Shown here: piece by piece, positions 9,286-18,504 of the stretch
Layout of the letters: each line of letters starts with the position of its first letter
How positions within the stretch are numbered: position 1 is the first letter of the stretch
Source: Vicinamibacterales bacterium
GTDB lineage: Bacteria; Acidobacteriota; Vicinamibacteria; Vicinamibacterales; UBA8438
Direction of reading: 5' to 3'
DNA: 64,000 bases
Assembly: GCA_965229825.1 (NCBI GenBank)
Contig: CBDDJQ010000012.1
Coordinates: 364,067-428,066 of the forward strand
Program-made: the position numbers and the translations under genes
The notes under the pieces: generated by a model
What the model saw: the letters and a program-made list of their open reading frames with translations, nothing else
Told to the model about the DNA's origin: nothing
Database searches by the model: none

Positions 9286-11715
9286 ATGGTAAACTGCGGC
9301 GTCGTGTCTCGCCAGAGCGCCCGTCGGTTGAAGCGGGGACCGGTCTGGAGCATCGCCTGCGCCGCCATGCTCACGCTCCTGCCGTGGCCGATGACGGCAC
9401 GGGGCGCGGCCGGTCAGCCGGTCTCGGCGGGGCGGTCCGTCGCGCCCGCGCCGGCCGCGTCCGCGTTGCCGGCCGAGCCCGGTCAGACGGTATCGCCGTC
9501 AGCCGGTGACCTGCTGCGGACCACCCTCGACCGCTACTGTCTCGCGTGCCACAACGACCGGAACCGAACCGCCGGCTTGACCCTGGCCGGCGTGAGCGCC
9601 GCGGCCGTGGCGGGGCAGGCGCCGGTGCTCGAGAAGGTCCTGCACAAGCTCCGCGCCGGAGAGATGCCGCCGGCCGGGCGGCCGTCCCCGAACCCCGGCG
9701 TCCGGGCGCAGCTCGTGGCTTGGCTCGAGACCGAGCTCGACCGGTCGGCGGCAGAGCGGCCTGACCCCGGTGCGCCGGCCATTCACCGGTTGAATCGGGC
9801 CGAGTACCGCAATGCCGTGCGCGATCTGCTTGGGCTGGACCTCGATCACGCGCGCGACCTGCCGGCCGACGACTCCGGCTACGGGTTCGACAACATCGGC
9901 GACGTGCTGACGGTGTCGCCGCTGCACGTCGAGAAGTACGTCAGCGCGGCGCGGCGCGTCAGCCGGCTCGCGGTCGGCACGGGAACCCCGCGTCCGGTCG
10001 TGCAACGCTACCGCGCCGTGCGCGGGGCGGCGGGCGAGGAGATCGACGGACTGCCGCCCAACGAGCGCGGCGGCATCCTGTTTCGCCACTACTTTCCCTT
10101 CGACGCCGAGTACACGATTCAGGTACGGGTTCGGGGGCGGCGCGCCCCCGGCATGCCGCCGCCCAAGCTCGACGTGCGGGTCGACGGTGCGCGGGTCCGC
10201 CTGCTGGACGCCGATTTCGACACCCAGGAGGCGAACCAGGGCAGCCGCACCTTCGAGGTGCGGTCGGTGCTCGCGGCCGGCGACCACGAGATCGCGGCGG
10301 GTTTCCTCACCGAGTACGCGAAACGCGAGGGCGCCGGAGGCGGGACGACCAACGACCCGGCCGTCGACTACGTGCTGGTCGGCGGTCCCTACGATCCATC
10401 CGGGCCGGGCGACACCGAGAGCCGCCGGCGTCTGTTCATTTGCCGGCCGGCGGCCGGAGAGCCGGAGACACCGTGCGCGCGCCGGATTCTGACCGCGCTG
10501 GCCCGGCGGGCGTACCGGCGTCCGGTCACCGACGTCGACGTCGAGCCGCTCCTGGGCCTGTTCGCGATGGGGCGCGCCGACGGCGAGAGCTTCGACCACG
10601 GCATCGAGATGGCCCTCAGCGGGGTGCTCGTCTCCCCGAACTTTCTGTTCCGGGTGCCCGGGGTCCCGGCCGGCGCGCGGCCCGGCACGGTGTATCGGCT
10701 CGCGGACGTCGATCTCGCCTCCCGGCTCTCGTTCTTCCTCTGGAGCAGCATTCCCGACGAGGAGCTCCTGCAGGCGGCCGAGCAGCAGCGGCTCGGCACG
10801 GCGGACGAGTTGTCCGCCCGGATCACCCGCATGCTCGCCGACCCGAAGGCGCGAGCGCTCGTCGAGAATTTCGCGGGGCAGTGGCTCCATCTGCGCAACG
10901 TCGCCGATTGGACGCCGGACCCCGAGCATTTTCCGCATTTCGACGACGGAATTCGCCATGGGTTCCAGCGCGAGACGGAGCTGTTCCTGGAGCACCTCGT
11001 TCGGGACGACCGCAGCGTGCTGGAGCTGATCGACGCCGACTACACCTTTCTCAACGAGCGGCTGGCCGACTTCTACGGGATCGACGGGGTCGAGGGCGGG
11101 TACTTCCGCCGCGTGCCCCTCGCCGGCACCCACCGCGGCGGCATCCTGACCCAGGGCGGGGTCCTGATGGTGACGTCGTATCCGACTCGCACGTCGCCGG
11201 TGCTGCGCGGCAAGTGGATTCTCGAGACCCTTCTGGGGGCGCCGCCGCCCCCGCCGCCCCCGGACGTGCCCGAGCTCGCGGCCAGCGCCGGCTCGTCGTC
11301 CGGCGGCCTGCGGGCGGCGCTGGAGCGGCACCGCGCCAACCCCGCCTGCGCCGTCTGTCATGCCCGTCTGGACCCGTTGGGGTTCGCGTTGGAGAACTTC
11401 GATGCGGTGGGCGCCTGGCGGGCAGAGGATGACGGGGTCGCGGTGGACGCCTCCGGCGCCCTGCCCGACGGCACCCTCGTCGCCGGCCCCGGCGGGCTGC
11501 GGGCGATGCTGCTGGCCCGCCGCCGCGAGTTCGTCGAGGCGCTGGCCGAGAAGCTGCTGACCTATGCGATCGGCCGGGGCCTGGAGCCCCATGATCGGCC
11601 GGCGGTGCGGGAGATCCGGCGCCGGGTCGAATCGGACGGCTACCGGTTCTCGGCCCTGGTCGCCGCCGTCGTGGACAGCGTACCATTCAGGATGAGGAGG
11701 ATTCCGGAGCCATGA
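9286..11715 (+). CDS. DUF1592/DUF1588/DUF1587/DUF1585-type protein with haem-binding CxxCH motif
   Basis: 809 aa with CLACHNDRNR and C-terminal CAVCHARLDPLGFALENFD. The architecture is typical of the family that pairs with DUF1552. Start uncertain (9286, 9304 or 9367). Confidence 0.8.
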   Translation: MVNCGVVSRQSARRLKRGPVWSIACAAMLTLLPWPMTARGAAGQPVSAGRSVAPAPAASALPAEPGQTVSPSAGDLLRTTLDRYCLACHNDRNRTAGLTLAGVSAAAVAGQAPVLEKVLHKLRAGEMPPAGRPSPNPGVRAQLVAWLETELDRSAAERPDPGAPAIHRLNRAEYRNAVRDLLGLDLDHARDLPADDSGYGFDNIGDVLTVSPLHVEKYVSAARRVSRLAVGTGTPRPVVQRYRAVRGAAGEEIDGLPPNERGGILFRHYFPFDAEYTIQVRVRGRRAPGMPPPKLDVRVDGARVRLLDADFDTQEANQGSRTFEVRSVLAAGDHEIAAGFLTEYAKREGAGGGTTNDPAVDYVLVGGPYDPSGPGDTESRRRLFICRPAAGEPETPCARRILTALARRAYRRPVTDVDVEPLLGLFAMGRADGESFDHGIEMALSGVLVSPNFLFRVPGVPAGARPGTVYRLADVDLASRLSFFLWSSIPDEELLQAAEQQRLGTADELSARITRMLADPKARALVENFAGQWLHLRNVADWTPDPEHFPHFDDGIRHGFQRETELFLEHLVRDDRSVLELIDADYTFLNERLADFYGIDGVEGGYFRRVPLAGTHRGGILTQGGVLMVTSYPTRTSPVLRGKWILETLLGAPPPPPPPDVPELAASAGSSSGGLRAALERHRANPACAVCHARLDPLGFALENFDAVGAWRAEDDGVAVDASGALPDGTLVAGPGGLRAMLLARRREFVEALAEKLLTYAIGRGLEPHDRPAVREIRRRVESDGYRFSALVAAVVDSVPFRMRRIPEP

Positions 11716-13055
11716 TCACCGGCACAGCTCTGCCGCGTCGGACCTTCCTGCGAGGGCTCGGAACCGCGGTCGCCCTCCCGTTCCTGGACGCGATGACCCC
11801 CGCGTTCGCGTCCGCGTCCGCGCCGATCACCCGGGTGGCGTTCATCTATACCGCCAACGGCGTGATCATGCGCGACTGGACCCCGGTCGAGACCGGCGCC
11901 GGATTCGCCCTCACGAAGACGCTGCACGCGCTCGAGCCGTTTCGCGATCGGCTCCTCGTGCTCAGCGGCCTCGCGCACCGCAACGGCGAGGCGCTCGGGG
12001 ACGGCCCCGGCGACCACGCGCGCGCGGGCGCGAGCTGGCTCACCGGCGTGCACCCGAAGAAGACGCAGGGGGCGGACATCCGGAACGGCATGTCGGTGGA
12101 CCAGATGCTGGCGCAGGACATCGGTCGCTCGACGCCGCTGCCGTCGCTCGAGCTGGGGCTGCAGGACGTGCGGATGGTGGGGGGGTGCGATTCCGGCTAC
12201 AGCTGCGCCTACAGCAACACCGTCTCGTGGAGCTCGCCGACGGCCCCGCTTCCCTACGAGACCAACCCGCGCCGGGTGTTCGAGCGGTTGTTCGGCGACG
12301 GTGACACCACCGATCCAGCGGTGCGCGCGGTGCGCGCGCGGCAGAACCGGAGCCTGCTCGACTTCGTCCGCGAGGACGCCGGCCGGCTGCGGGCCGGCCT
12401 CGGGGCCGGCGACCGCCGCAAGCTGGGCGACTACCTGGACTCGGTGCGCGAGGTCGAGCGCCGCATTCAGAACGCCGAGCGCCGCGACGCCTCCGGCGTC
12501 GACCTGCCGGCCCTCGCCCGGCCGGACGGCGTGCCCCCGACCTTCGAGGAGCACGTCCGGATGATGTCCGACCTGATCGCGATCGCGTTCCAGGCGGACC
12601 TGACCCGGGTCGTGAGCCTGATGTACAGCCGCGAGGGCGGCAACCGGACCTACCGGTCCATCGGCGTGCCCGATGCGCACCACGGCCTGTCGCACCATCA
12701 GAACGACCCGGCCCGCATGGCGCGTCTCCAGTTGATCGATCAGCATCACGTCGCGCTGTTCGCCTACTTGCTCGGGAAGCTCCGCGACGCCGACGACGGG
12801 ACCGGGTCGCTGCTCGACCACGCGATGGTCCTCTACGGCAGCAGCCTCTGCGACTCGAACGCGCATACGCACGACAACCTGCCGGCCCTGCTGGCCGGCG
12901 GCGGCAGCGGCACCCTCCGCGGCGGGCGGCATCTGCGCTACCCCGACCGCACGCCGATGGCGAATCTGTTCGTGACCATGCTCGACAAGCTGGGCTCGTA
13001 CCGGGAGCAGGTCGGCGACAGCACCGGGCGCATCGAGCACCTGAGCGATCTGTGA
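11712..13055 (+). CDS. DUF1552-family protein with Tat signal
   Basis: 447 aa. 4-nt overlap with the upstream gene. Twin-arginine signal LPRRTFLRGLGTAVALPFLDAM. Family-typical strings SLELG and HHGLSHH. Confidence 0.8.
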   Translation: MITGTALPRRTFLRGLGTAVALPFLDAMTPAFASASAPITRVAFIYTANGVIMRDWTPVETGAGFALTKTLHALEPFRDRLLVLSGLAHRNGEALGDGPGDHARAGASWLTGVHPKKTQGADIRNGMSVDQMLAQDIGRSTPLPSLELGLQDVRMVGGCDSGYSCAYSNTVSWSSPTAPLPYETNPRRVFERLFGDGDTTDPAVRAVRARQNRSLLDFVREDAGRLRAGLGAGDRRKLGDYLDSVREVERRIQNAERRDASGVDLPALARPDGVPPTFEEHVRMMSDLIAIAFQADLTRVVSLMYSREGGNRTYRSIGVPDAHHGLSHHQNDPARMARLQLIDQHHVALFAYLLGKLRDADDGTGSLLDHAMVLYGSSLCDSNAHTHDNLPALLAGGGSGTLRGGRHLRYPDRTPMANLFVTMLDKLGSYREQVGDSTGRIEHLSDL

Positions 13056-13117
13056 TCGGGGGGCGCGGCGGCCGCGGGGTGACGGGCTCCGGCGCGCGCA
13101 GCTCCGCGCCCGGAAGC

Positions 13118-13495
13118 CTGTCGGACCGTGCCCCGCGCGGGGTGCGCGCGGCGCTGAACTTCACCCGGCAGCCCGTGGCGAAAGTCCCCGCTGCATTCGA
13201 GCGGCGATGCATCCCGCCTGACTGCGTTGTTCGGACGAACTGCGTAGCAGTCCGCGGTTGCCATATGCCCAATATGCGCCCTCCTCACGCCCTGTCAGGC
13301 GGGCGCCTCGCCGCTCTCGGTGCAACGCGGGGTTCCACCACGGGCTGCCAGGGGCGATCGAACCGCACATCGACGTCGAGCCCGGCCGCGCGCGGGGTGC
13401 ACGCGGCGTTGAACTTTGTCCATAGGCGACCGAACCGCGCATCGACGCTGAGCCCGGTCCTGTGGGGGGTGCGCGCGGCGCTGACGGTTGCGGCG
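13118..13495. repeat. degenerate direct repeats copying the 5' end of the downstream metalloprotease gene
   Basis: GGGGTGCGCGCGGCGCTGA(A/C) occurs at 13139, 13394 (one variant base) and 13466. The last two copies sit in adjacent ~71-bp units (13354-13425 and 13425-13495) that share CGAACCGC.CATCGACG..GAGCCCGG. Confidence 0.55.
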
Positions 13496-14116
13496 CTGGC
13501 GGGCTGGAGCCTGACCGCGGCAGCCGGCGAGCCGCCCGGCGCCCCGCGCGGCAACCCGACGATCCTCGTCCTGACCCCGTCGGCGGCCGACGACCGCGTC
13601 GCGCCGTCGCGCGAGGCGATCGAGTACTGGAACGACCGGCTGGCCGAGCTGGGGGTTGCTACCCGGTTCGCCGCGCCGCGCGTCGTGGCCGAATCGGCGG
13701 TCGAACGCGCCTTGGAGAACTACGCCCGGCAGGTGGCCCAGCGCGCCACCCGGTTGCCGGCCGGCGACGCCGAGCCCCCGCCCCCGGCGGCCCTCGTCGA
13801 CCTCGAGGCCGACGTGGTCCTGCTGCTGTCACGCCAGGACATCCTGTCGTTCACCTGGCCGCTGCCGCGGGTCTCGCCGCCGCGCTATCTGGTGGTGATC
13901 CGCAAGGTCCGGGGACCGTATCGGACCGACCCGATGGTGACGAAGCACGTCGTGGCCCACGAGCTGGGCCACGCGCTGGGGCTCGACCACAACGCCGAGC
14001 CGCACACCCTCATGTGCGGCCCGTGCCAGCCGCTGACGGCCGAGCCGGACGCCACCGGCTTCCTGCCCCTGACCGTCGGCGACCGCGCGCGGCTCGTCGA
14101 GCTGCACGGCCGCTGA
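13469..14116 (+). CDS. secreted zinc metalloprotease (matrixin/metzincin-like, HExxHxxGxxH)
   Basis: HELGHALGLDH followed by a Met-turn-like LMCGPC. A GTG at 13469 gives the signal peptide VRAALTVAALAGWSLTAAAG. The part of the ORF upstream of 13469 is Arg-rich, repeat-derived sequence. Confidence 0.65.
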   Translation: MRAALTVAALAGWSLTAAAGEPPGAPRGNPTILVLTPSAADDRVAPSREAIEYWNDRLAELGVATRFAAPRVVAESAVERALENYARQVAQRATRLPAGDAEPPPPAALVDLEADVVLLLSRQDILSFTWPLPRVSPPRYLVVIRKVRGPYRTDPMVTKHVVAHELGHALGLDHNAEPHTLMCGPCQPLTAEPDATGFLPLTVGDRARLVELHGR

Positions 14117-14309
14117 CCGACACCGGACTGCAGGGGGGCGACTGGCACACTTCATGCGCGCGACTGCCGGTCTCCCCTTGTGCGCCGGTCAGGCGCTCGG
14201 GCGCAGCCGCCGTCGAGCATCTGCGGTCCTTGCACACGACCTGTGCCACAATGCCCCGGGATGCACATCGTCGGCAAGGTTGATGCGGCAGAACGGCAGG
14301 AGGCAGCGG

Positions 14310-14555
14310 ATGAAGACCGCTTCGATATTCGTCCGGGCGTTCTGGGACGATGAGGCGAAGGTGTGGGTGGCGACGAGCAACGACATTGAGGGATTGTCGG
14401 TGGAAGGCGCGACCCACGAGGAGCTGACCGACAAGGTCGTGGCCGCAGTCGCCGATCTCATCGAGTTCAACGGAATAGAGACGGACCTTCCGGAGATTCC
14501 GGTCCACATCATGACGGATGACGTACGGCGGGTCGACAACCCGCGCGTCGCATGA
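14310..14555 (+). CDS. DUF1902/HicB-like small protein (possible orphan antitoxin)
   Basis: ATG 14310 is preceded by GGCAGGAGG. The 81-aa product reads MKTASIFVRAFWDDEAKVWVATSNDIEGLSVEGATHEEL, typical of the DUF1902 HicB-fold family. Confidence 0.65.
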   Translation: MKTASIFVRAFWDDEAKVWVATSNDIEGLSVEGATHEELTDKVVAAVADLIEFNGIETDLPEIPVHIMTDDVRRVDNPRVA

Positions 14556-14805
14556 TCGGCGGCGGGGTTTTATCGAACGGTTGGTACGTATTTTCCGCGA
14601 TCGTCCGGAACGAGAGCCTGCGCTTTGCCGGGGGCCTCCGGCGAGTGCTACATTGGAGGCATGGGGAGGTCCGACCGGATCACCCTCCTGCTGTCGGTCG
14701 CGGCGCTCTGCGCAACCATCTACAGGTCGGCCGCTGTCCAGATCGGTTGGGCGAGGGGATAGGAGGGTGGTGGCGGGTCCAAGGGCGGCCGCCGTGTGCA
14801 GGTTG

Positions 14806-14832
14806 CCCCCCGGCGTTCGGCACGCCGGGGGG
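14806..14832. terminator. GC-rich hairpin between convergent genes (possible terminator)
   Basis: CCCCCCGGCG-ttcggca-CGCCGGGGGG forms a 10-bp perfect stem. It lies 8 nt beyond the stop of the minus-strand gene ending at 14840. There is no T tract. Confidence 0.35.
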
Positions 14833-14839
14833 AAGCCCG

Positions 14840-15760
14840 CTATTCCTTGACGCTAACCGTGACGTCGATCGGGGTGGTGGTGATCGAGTCGTCGGCGTAG
14901 GCGCGCAGCACGTGCGTGCCGGGTTCGGTGAACGTGACGGTGGTCTCGAACTGGCCGCCCCGGCCGCCCTCGATCGAAGCGCTCATCGGGTCGAAGGTGA
15001 CCCTGCCGGGTCCGCGATAATGGAGCCACGTGATGCCGAGCCCGGTCTCGCTGGCGGCGCGCGCGTTCACAATCGCCTGGTTCGTGGGGTGGGGGCGGCT
15101 CGCCCGCCGGGCACGGTCCGCGGCGAGCCTGGCCGCACGTTGCGGGTCGTCGTCGTCGTTGGTCGTCTCGGCGGGGCGCGGCCTCGGCCCGGGAATGCCG
15201 TCGTCGCCGACCACCGCGGTAATCGTCAGCGTGTCGGGCAGGGTCACCGTCAGGTCGGTGCCGGCGGGGATGACAATCGACGGGTTCTGGTTGTCGGCCG
15301 GCGCCCCGCGGGCCCCCATGCCGCGGTTGGCCCGTATCACCCCGTCATCCATCTCCCAGTTCGGCCTGAGCCTTCCCAACGCCTGGTCGGTGCGGCCGTT
15401 GGTGGTCACGGTCCAGACAAGGTCCTGCTCGCCCCAGTCGGCCGGCACCTGCACCCTGAACACGAACTGCTGGCGCCGCGGATAGAAGCGCGTCGGCTGG
15501 CCGCGATCGGCCGGGCCTGGCTCGAACGAGTTCGCGGCGCCGACCGGGGCCTCCGGCATCTCCTGGTAGTTCCGGTTCATGTACCCGAACACCATGTTGA
15601 AGGTGCCGTCCAGGTTGCGCTCCCAGCCTTCGAAGACCGGGGCCACGTTCTGGCTCCGGTCGTAGCGAATCTGGGCATCGACCGCGGGTGCTGCGACCAG
15701 CGCGACCAAGGCCGCCGCCGCGCACACCATCACGACCGGTTGAGGAGTGCGTATCTTCAT
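14840..15760 (-). CDS. secreted hypothetical protein
   Basis: Start at ATG 15760 (MKIRTPQPVVMVCAAAALVALVAAPAVDA signal peptide). 306 aa, acidic/Arg-rich linker, no recognised domain. Lies downstream of the PHM-like gene on the same strand. Confidence 0.65.
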   Translation of the reverse strand: MKIRTPQPVVMVCAAAALVALVAAPAVDAQIRYDRSQNVAPVFEGWERNLDGTFNMVFGYMNRNYQEMPEAPVGAANSFEPGPADRGQPTRFYPRRQQFVFRVQVPADWGEQDLVWTVTTNGRTDQALGRLRPNWEMDDGVIRANRGMGARGAPADNQNPSIVIPAGTDLTVTLPDTLTITAVVGDDGIPGPRPRPAETTNDDDDPQRAARLAADRARRASRPHPTNQAIVNARAASETGLGITWLHYRGPGRVTFDPMSASIEGGRGGQFETTVTFTEPGTHVLRAYADDSITTTPIDVTVSVKE

Positions 15761-15775
15761 CGTTTCTGGCTCCAA

Positions 15776-15805
15776 GCGTCTGCGCCGTATCTGCGGCGCA
15801 GACGC
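15776..15805. repeat. perfect 12-bp-stem palindrome built from the GTCTGCGCCG motif
   Basis: GCGTCTGCGCCG-tatctg-CGGCGCAGACGC, located between two co-oriented minus-strand genes. Confidence 0.6.
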
Positions 15806-15856
15806 CTGCAGGACTGGTTGGGCGGGCATCGGCGCCGCAAGGCGGCGATGTCCGGG

Positions 15857-17149
15857 TTAGTTGTCGTTCGCGTTCTGGGTCTCGCGTTCCTCGACCGCTG
15901 CCGCGAACTCCTCGTCGTCCATCTCGTAGTAGCTGGTCCAGGTGAACGACATGTCGTCGCTCGAGCGCTGGCCGAAGCCGGCCCAGTTGTCCGGATCGGG
16001 GTTCCACCGGTTGCCGGCCGAGTTGTCGTGCCACGTGATGGTGTGCAGGAACGAGCCTGCCGGCAGCAGCGGCTGCACGTCATCGGCGTAGTTGTAGACG
16101 ATGTGCCACCCGAAGTCCCAGGTGGCGCAGTTTATCGTCTGAGTGTTGCCGTCGGGCAGAATCGCCTCGATGCACTGCCGCTTTCCGCGGTTGTGCAGGT
16201 GGGGCTGGAACCCGGTCAGCCGCACGTTGGTGGTGAACGGATGATAGCTGTCGTGCCGCACGTCGTCCTCGCCCGGCGGAATGTCGAGGTCGAAGTTCTG
16301 GGCCAGCCCCCGCGAGAAGAGCTCCTTCTCCGGCTCTTCACCCTCGGGATAGAACTGCAGCCCCACGCTGGTGCGGTCGGTGGTGTCGCGCCCGATCGAG
16401 GCGTAGTGCATGTTGAACCGGATGATCGAGTTCGCCTTGACAAGGCGACCGGTGCCCGGGGGAAAGATGTCGCCGTTCTTGCCCTGGGCGTACTCGTTCA
16501 GGAAGTCGCCCTCCTCGGCGTCCTCCGTCTCCTGGATCCGGGTCACCGCGTGGTGCACCACCGGGAAGCCCTCGGCCGACGGCTTGGTCTCGACCGCCTT
16601 GATCCAGCGGTCTTCGGTCAGCCCGGACGGCGAGAACAGGTCGCCCCACCAGTTGGCGCCCTCGGCCGGCACCGTGAACGGCTCCGGAATCGGCACGACC
16701 CAGTCGGGCTCGCCGATGTGCCAGATGTCGCGCTGGGCGAACTGCCGCGGCGCCGGCAGGTCCGCGGGGTTGCCGCGCGGGGCGCCGGCATCGACCCAGG
16801 ACACGATGGTGTCGATCTGCTCATCGCTCAGCGAGCGGTCGTACTTGAAGCCCTGGACGCCCACGTTCGGGTCGATGTACCAGGGAGGCATGGTGCGCGA
16901 CGACACCTTGTCGCGGATTGCCCGCGCCCACGGGCGCGTCTCTTCGTAGCTCATCAGCGACATCGGGGCGATGGCGCCTTCCCGATGGCAGGTCTGGCAC
17001 GAGTCCTGGAGAATCGGCATCACGTCGCGGGTGAACGTGACCTCCTGGTCCTGCGCCGACGCGCCGGCGGGCAGGGCCGCCACCGCGAGCAGTGCGCCGA
17101 CGACGACGCCGAGCGAGCCGGACCCGAAGGTTCTGACGCGGGTGTTCAT
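15857..17149 (-). CDS. secreted CxxCH-motif protein with copper type-II ascorbate-dependent monooxygenase (PHM/DBH)-like domain
   Basis: Signal peptide, then CQTCHREGAIAPMSL. His clusters VVHHAV, FNMHYAS and FQPHLHNRGK resemble the CuH/CuM ligand pattern of PHM-like proteins. Confidence 0.65.
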   Translation of the reverse strand: MNTRVRTFGSGSLGVVVGALLAVAALPAGASAQDQEVTFTRDVMPILQDSCQTCHREGAIAPMSLMSYEETRPWARAIRDKVSSRTMPPWYIDPNVGVQGFKYDRSLSDEQIDTIVSWVDAGAPRGNPADLPAPRQFAQRDIWHIGEPDWVVPIPEPFTVPAEGANWWGDLFSPSGLTEDRWIKAVETKPSAEGFPVVHHAVTRIQETEDAEEGDFLNEYAQGKNGDIFPPGTGRLVKANSIIRFNMHYASIGRDTTDRTSVGLQFYPEGEEPEKELFSRGLAQNFDLDIPPGEDDVRHDSYHPFTTNVRLTGFQPHLHNRGKRQCIEAILPDGNTQTINCATWDFGWHIVYNYADDVQPLLPAGSFLHTITWHDNSAGNRWNPDPDNWAGFGQRSSDDMSFTWTSYYEMDDEEFAAAVEERETQNANDN

Positions 17150-17511
17150 CGGGATGTCCTCCTAATCAGCGTAATCATGCGCCTGTGGCAAGGGCTTGTC
17201 AATCCTGCGGTCGCCTCCCGAGCGAGGCGCCCAGCGCCCGCGCGTGCGCTGTCAAGATGTGGACTTCAACGGTGTATGGTATGCCTTGATGGATGAGAAC
17301 ATCGCGCCGGGGCGCGGGGGGCGCAGGAACCTCCTGGAACTGAGTGGCGAACTGGACTTCGCCCCGGACTTCGATCTCAAGGCTCTGCGCGCGTTGCGCG
17401 AACCGGGGGGCGTTGCGTCTGTCGCTCCGGGCGAGACGAGCCCGCGTGTCGAGGCTGCGGCTTCGCAACCGCGTCGGGCTGTGCGAGGATGACCGCAACG
17501 AGGAGGAACCC

Positions 17512-18462
17512 ATGCTGAAGAAGCTTGCGTTGGTCGCGTTGGCGGCGGCGGTCGGCGTGGTCTCGCTGGGAGGCCAGGAGGGGGGTGGCGCGAACGACTA
17601 CACCCCCAAGCGGATCAACAAGGCCATCGAGCTGCTCGAGCAGGATCAGCCTATCTATTACACCCAGGTCAGCGGGGGCGGCTACGAGGAAGGCAAGGCG
17701 CTGGCCCAGACCTGGGCCGACTACATCACCTACAACCTCGAGCACAGCCCGTTCGACATGACCGATCTGCGCGCGTTCATGCAGGGGCTGGTCGACGGCG
17801 GACCGACGAAGAGCGGGCACCGGACCCCGACGGTCATCGCGGTGCTGCCGTTCGGCGGCGTCAACGAGACGGTCATGTGGGCGAACTACTGGATGGTCGA
17901 ACACCTGCTCGGCTCGGGGGTCCACGGCGTGCTGCTGGCCCACGCGCGGTCGCCCGAAGCCGTGAAGGTCATGGTCGAGGCGGCCCGGTATCCGCATGCG
18001 AAGAAGGTCGACGGCCTTGAGGAGGGTCTGCGCGGCAGCGGTGGGCAGGGGTTCGCGGCCCGCATCTGGGGCGTGTCGAACGCCGAGTATCAGCAGATGG
18101 CGGATACGTGGCCCATCAATCCGGACGGGGAGCTGCTGCTCGGCCTGAAGATCGAAGACCGGCACGCGCTGCAGAACGCCGAGGCGAGCACCGGAGTGCC
18201 GGGCGTCGGGTTCGCGGAGTGGGGGCCCGGCGACATGAGCATGTCCTACAACGTCTCGCGCGGCGAGAACCCGCAGGTGCTCGCCGACGCGCGGGCGCGG
18301 GTCTTCGCGGCCACGAAGGCGGCGGGCATCCCGTTCCTCAACGGCATGAACGCGGACAACATCATCGCGATGCTCGACGAAGGGGTGCGCATCGGGTCGA
18401 ATCCGGGCCCCGAGGCGGCCGACATGGGCCGCCGCCACACCGGACGGCAGATGCCCTGGTAG
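17512..18462 (+). CDS. HpcH/HpaI-family aldolase-like protein with N-terminal hydrophobic signal-like segment
   Basis: ATG 17512 follows AGGAGGAA. N-terminus MLKKLALVALAAAVGVVSLGG, then aldolase-like strings NLEHSPFD, GVLLAHARS, LLLGLKIED, GFAEWGPGDM. Confidence 0.7.
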   Translation: MLKKLALVALAAAVGVVSLGGQEGGGANDYTPKRINKAIELLEQDQPIYYTQVSGGGYEEGKALAQTWADYITYNLEHSPFDMTDLRAFMQGLVDGGPTKSGHRTPTVIAVLPFGGVNETVMWANYWMVEHLLGSGVHGVLLAHARSPEAVKVMVEAARYPHAKKVDGLEEGLRGSGGQGFAARIWGVSNAEYQQMADTWPINPDGELLLGLKIEDRHALQNAEASTGVPGVGFAEWGPGDMSMSYNVSRGENPQVLADARARVFAATKAAGIPFLNGMNADNIIAMLDEGVRIGSNPGPEAADMGRRHTGRQMPW

Positions 18463-18504
18463 ACAGACGGCTATCGGCGCGGGTCGAAGGCAGCGGGACC
18501 TGCG

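Noticed and set aside
13052-13468. A long N-terminal extension of the metalloprotease (ORF 13052-14116, overlapping the DUF1552 stop).
   Set aside because: The extension is Arg/Gly-rich, built from repeat copies and not protein-like. A GTG with a proper signal peptide is available at 13469.
14552-14700. A possible HicA-type toxin remnant just downstream of the DUF1902/HicB-like gene (LSNGWYVF-like string).
   Set aside because: The similarity is a few residues only, and there is no consistent ORF or start. It cannot be supported without a profile search.
14661-14762. A 33-codon hydrophobic small ORF (MGRSDRITLLLSVAALCATIYRSAAVQIGWARG) as a possible type I toxin or small membrane protein.
   Set aside because: The Shine-Dalgarno-like GGAGG is only 1 nt from the ATG, and there is no conservation evidence. 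It could easily be chance in an intergenic region.
17289-17492. A small ORF with a VapB/DUF2191-like C-terminal string (RRNLLELSGELDFAPDFDLKALRALR) upstream of the aldolase gene.
   Set aside because: There is no recognisable RHH N-terminus and no adjacent toxin, and the ORF tail is Ala/Arg-rich. It may be an antitoxin relic but is not supportable from sequence alone.
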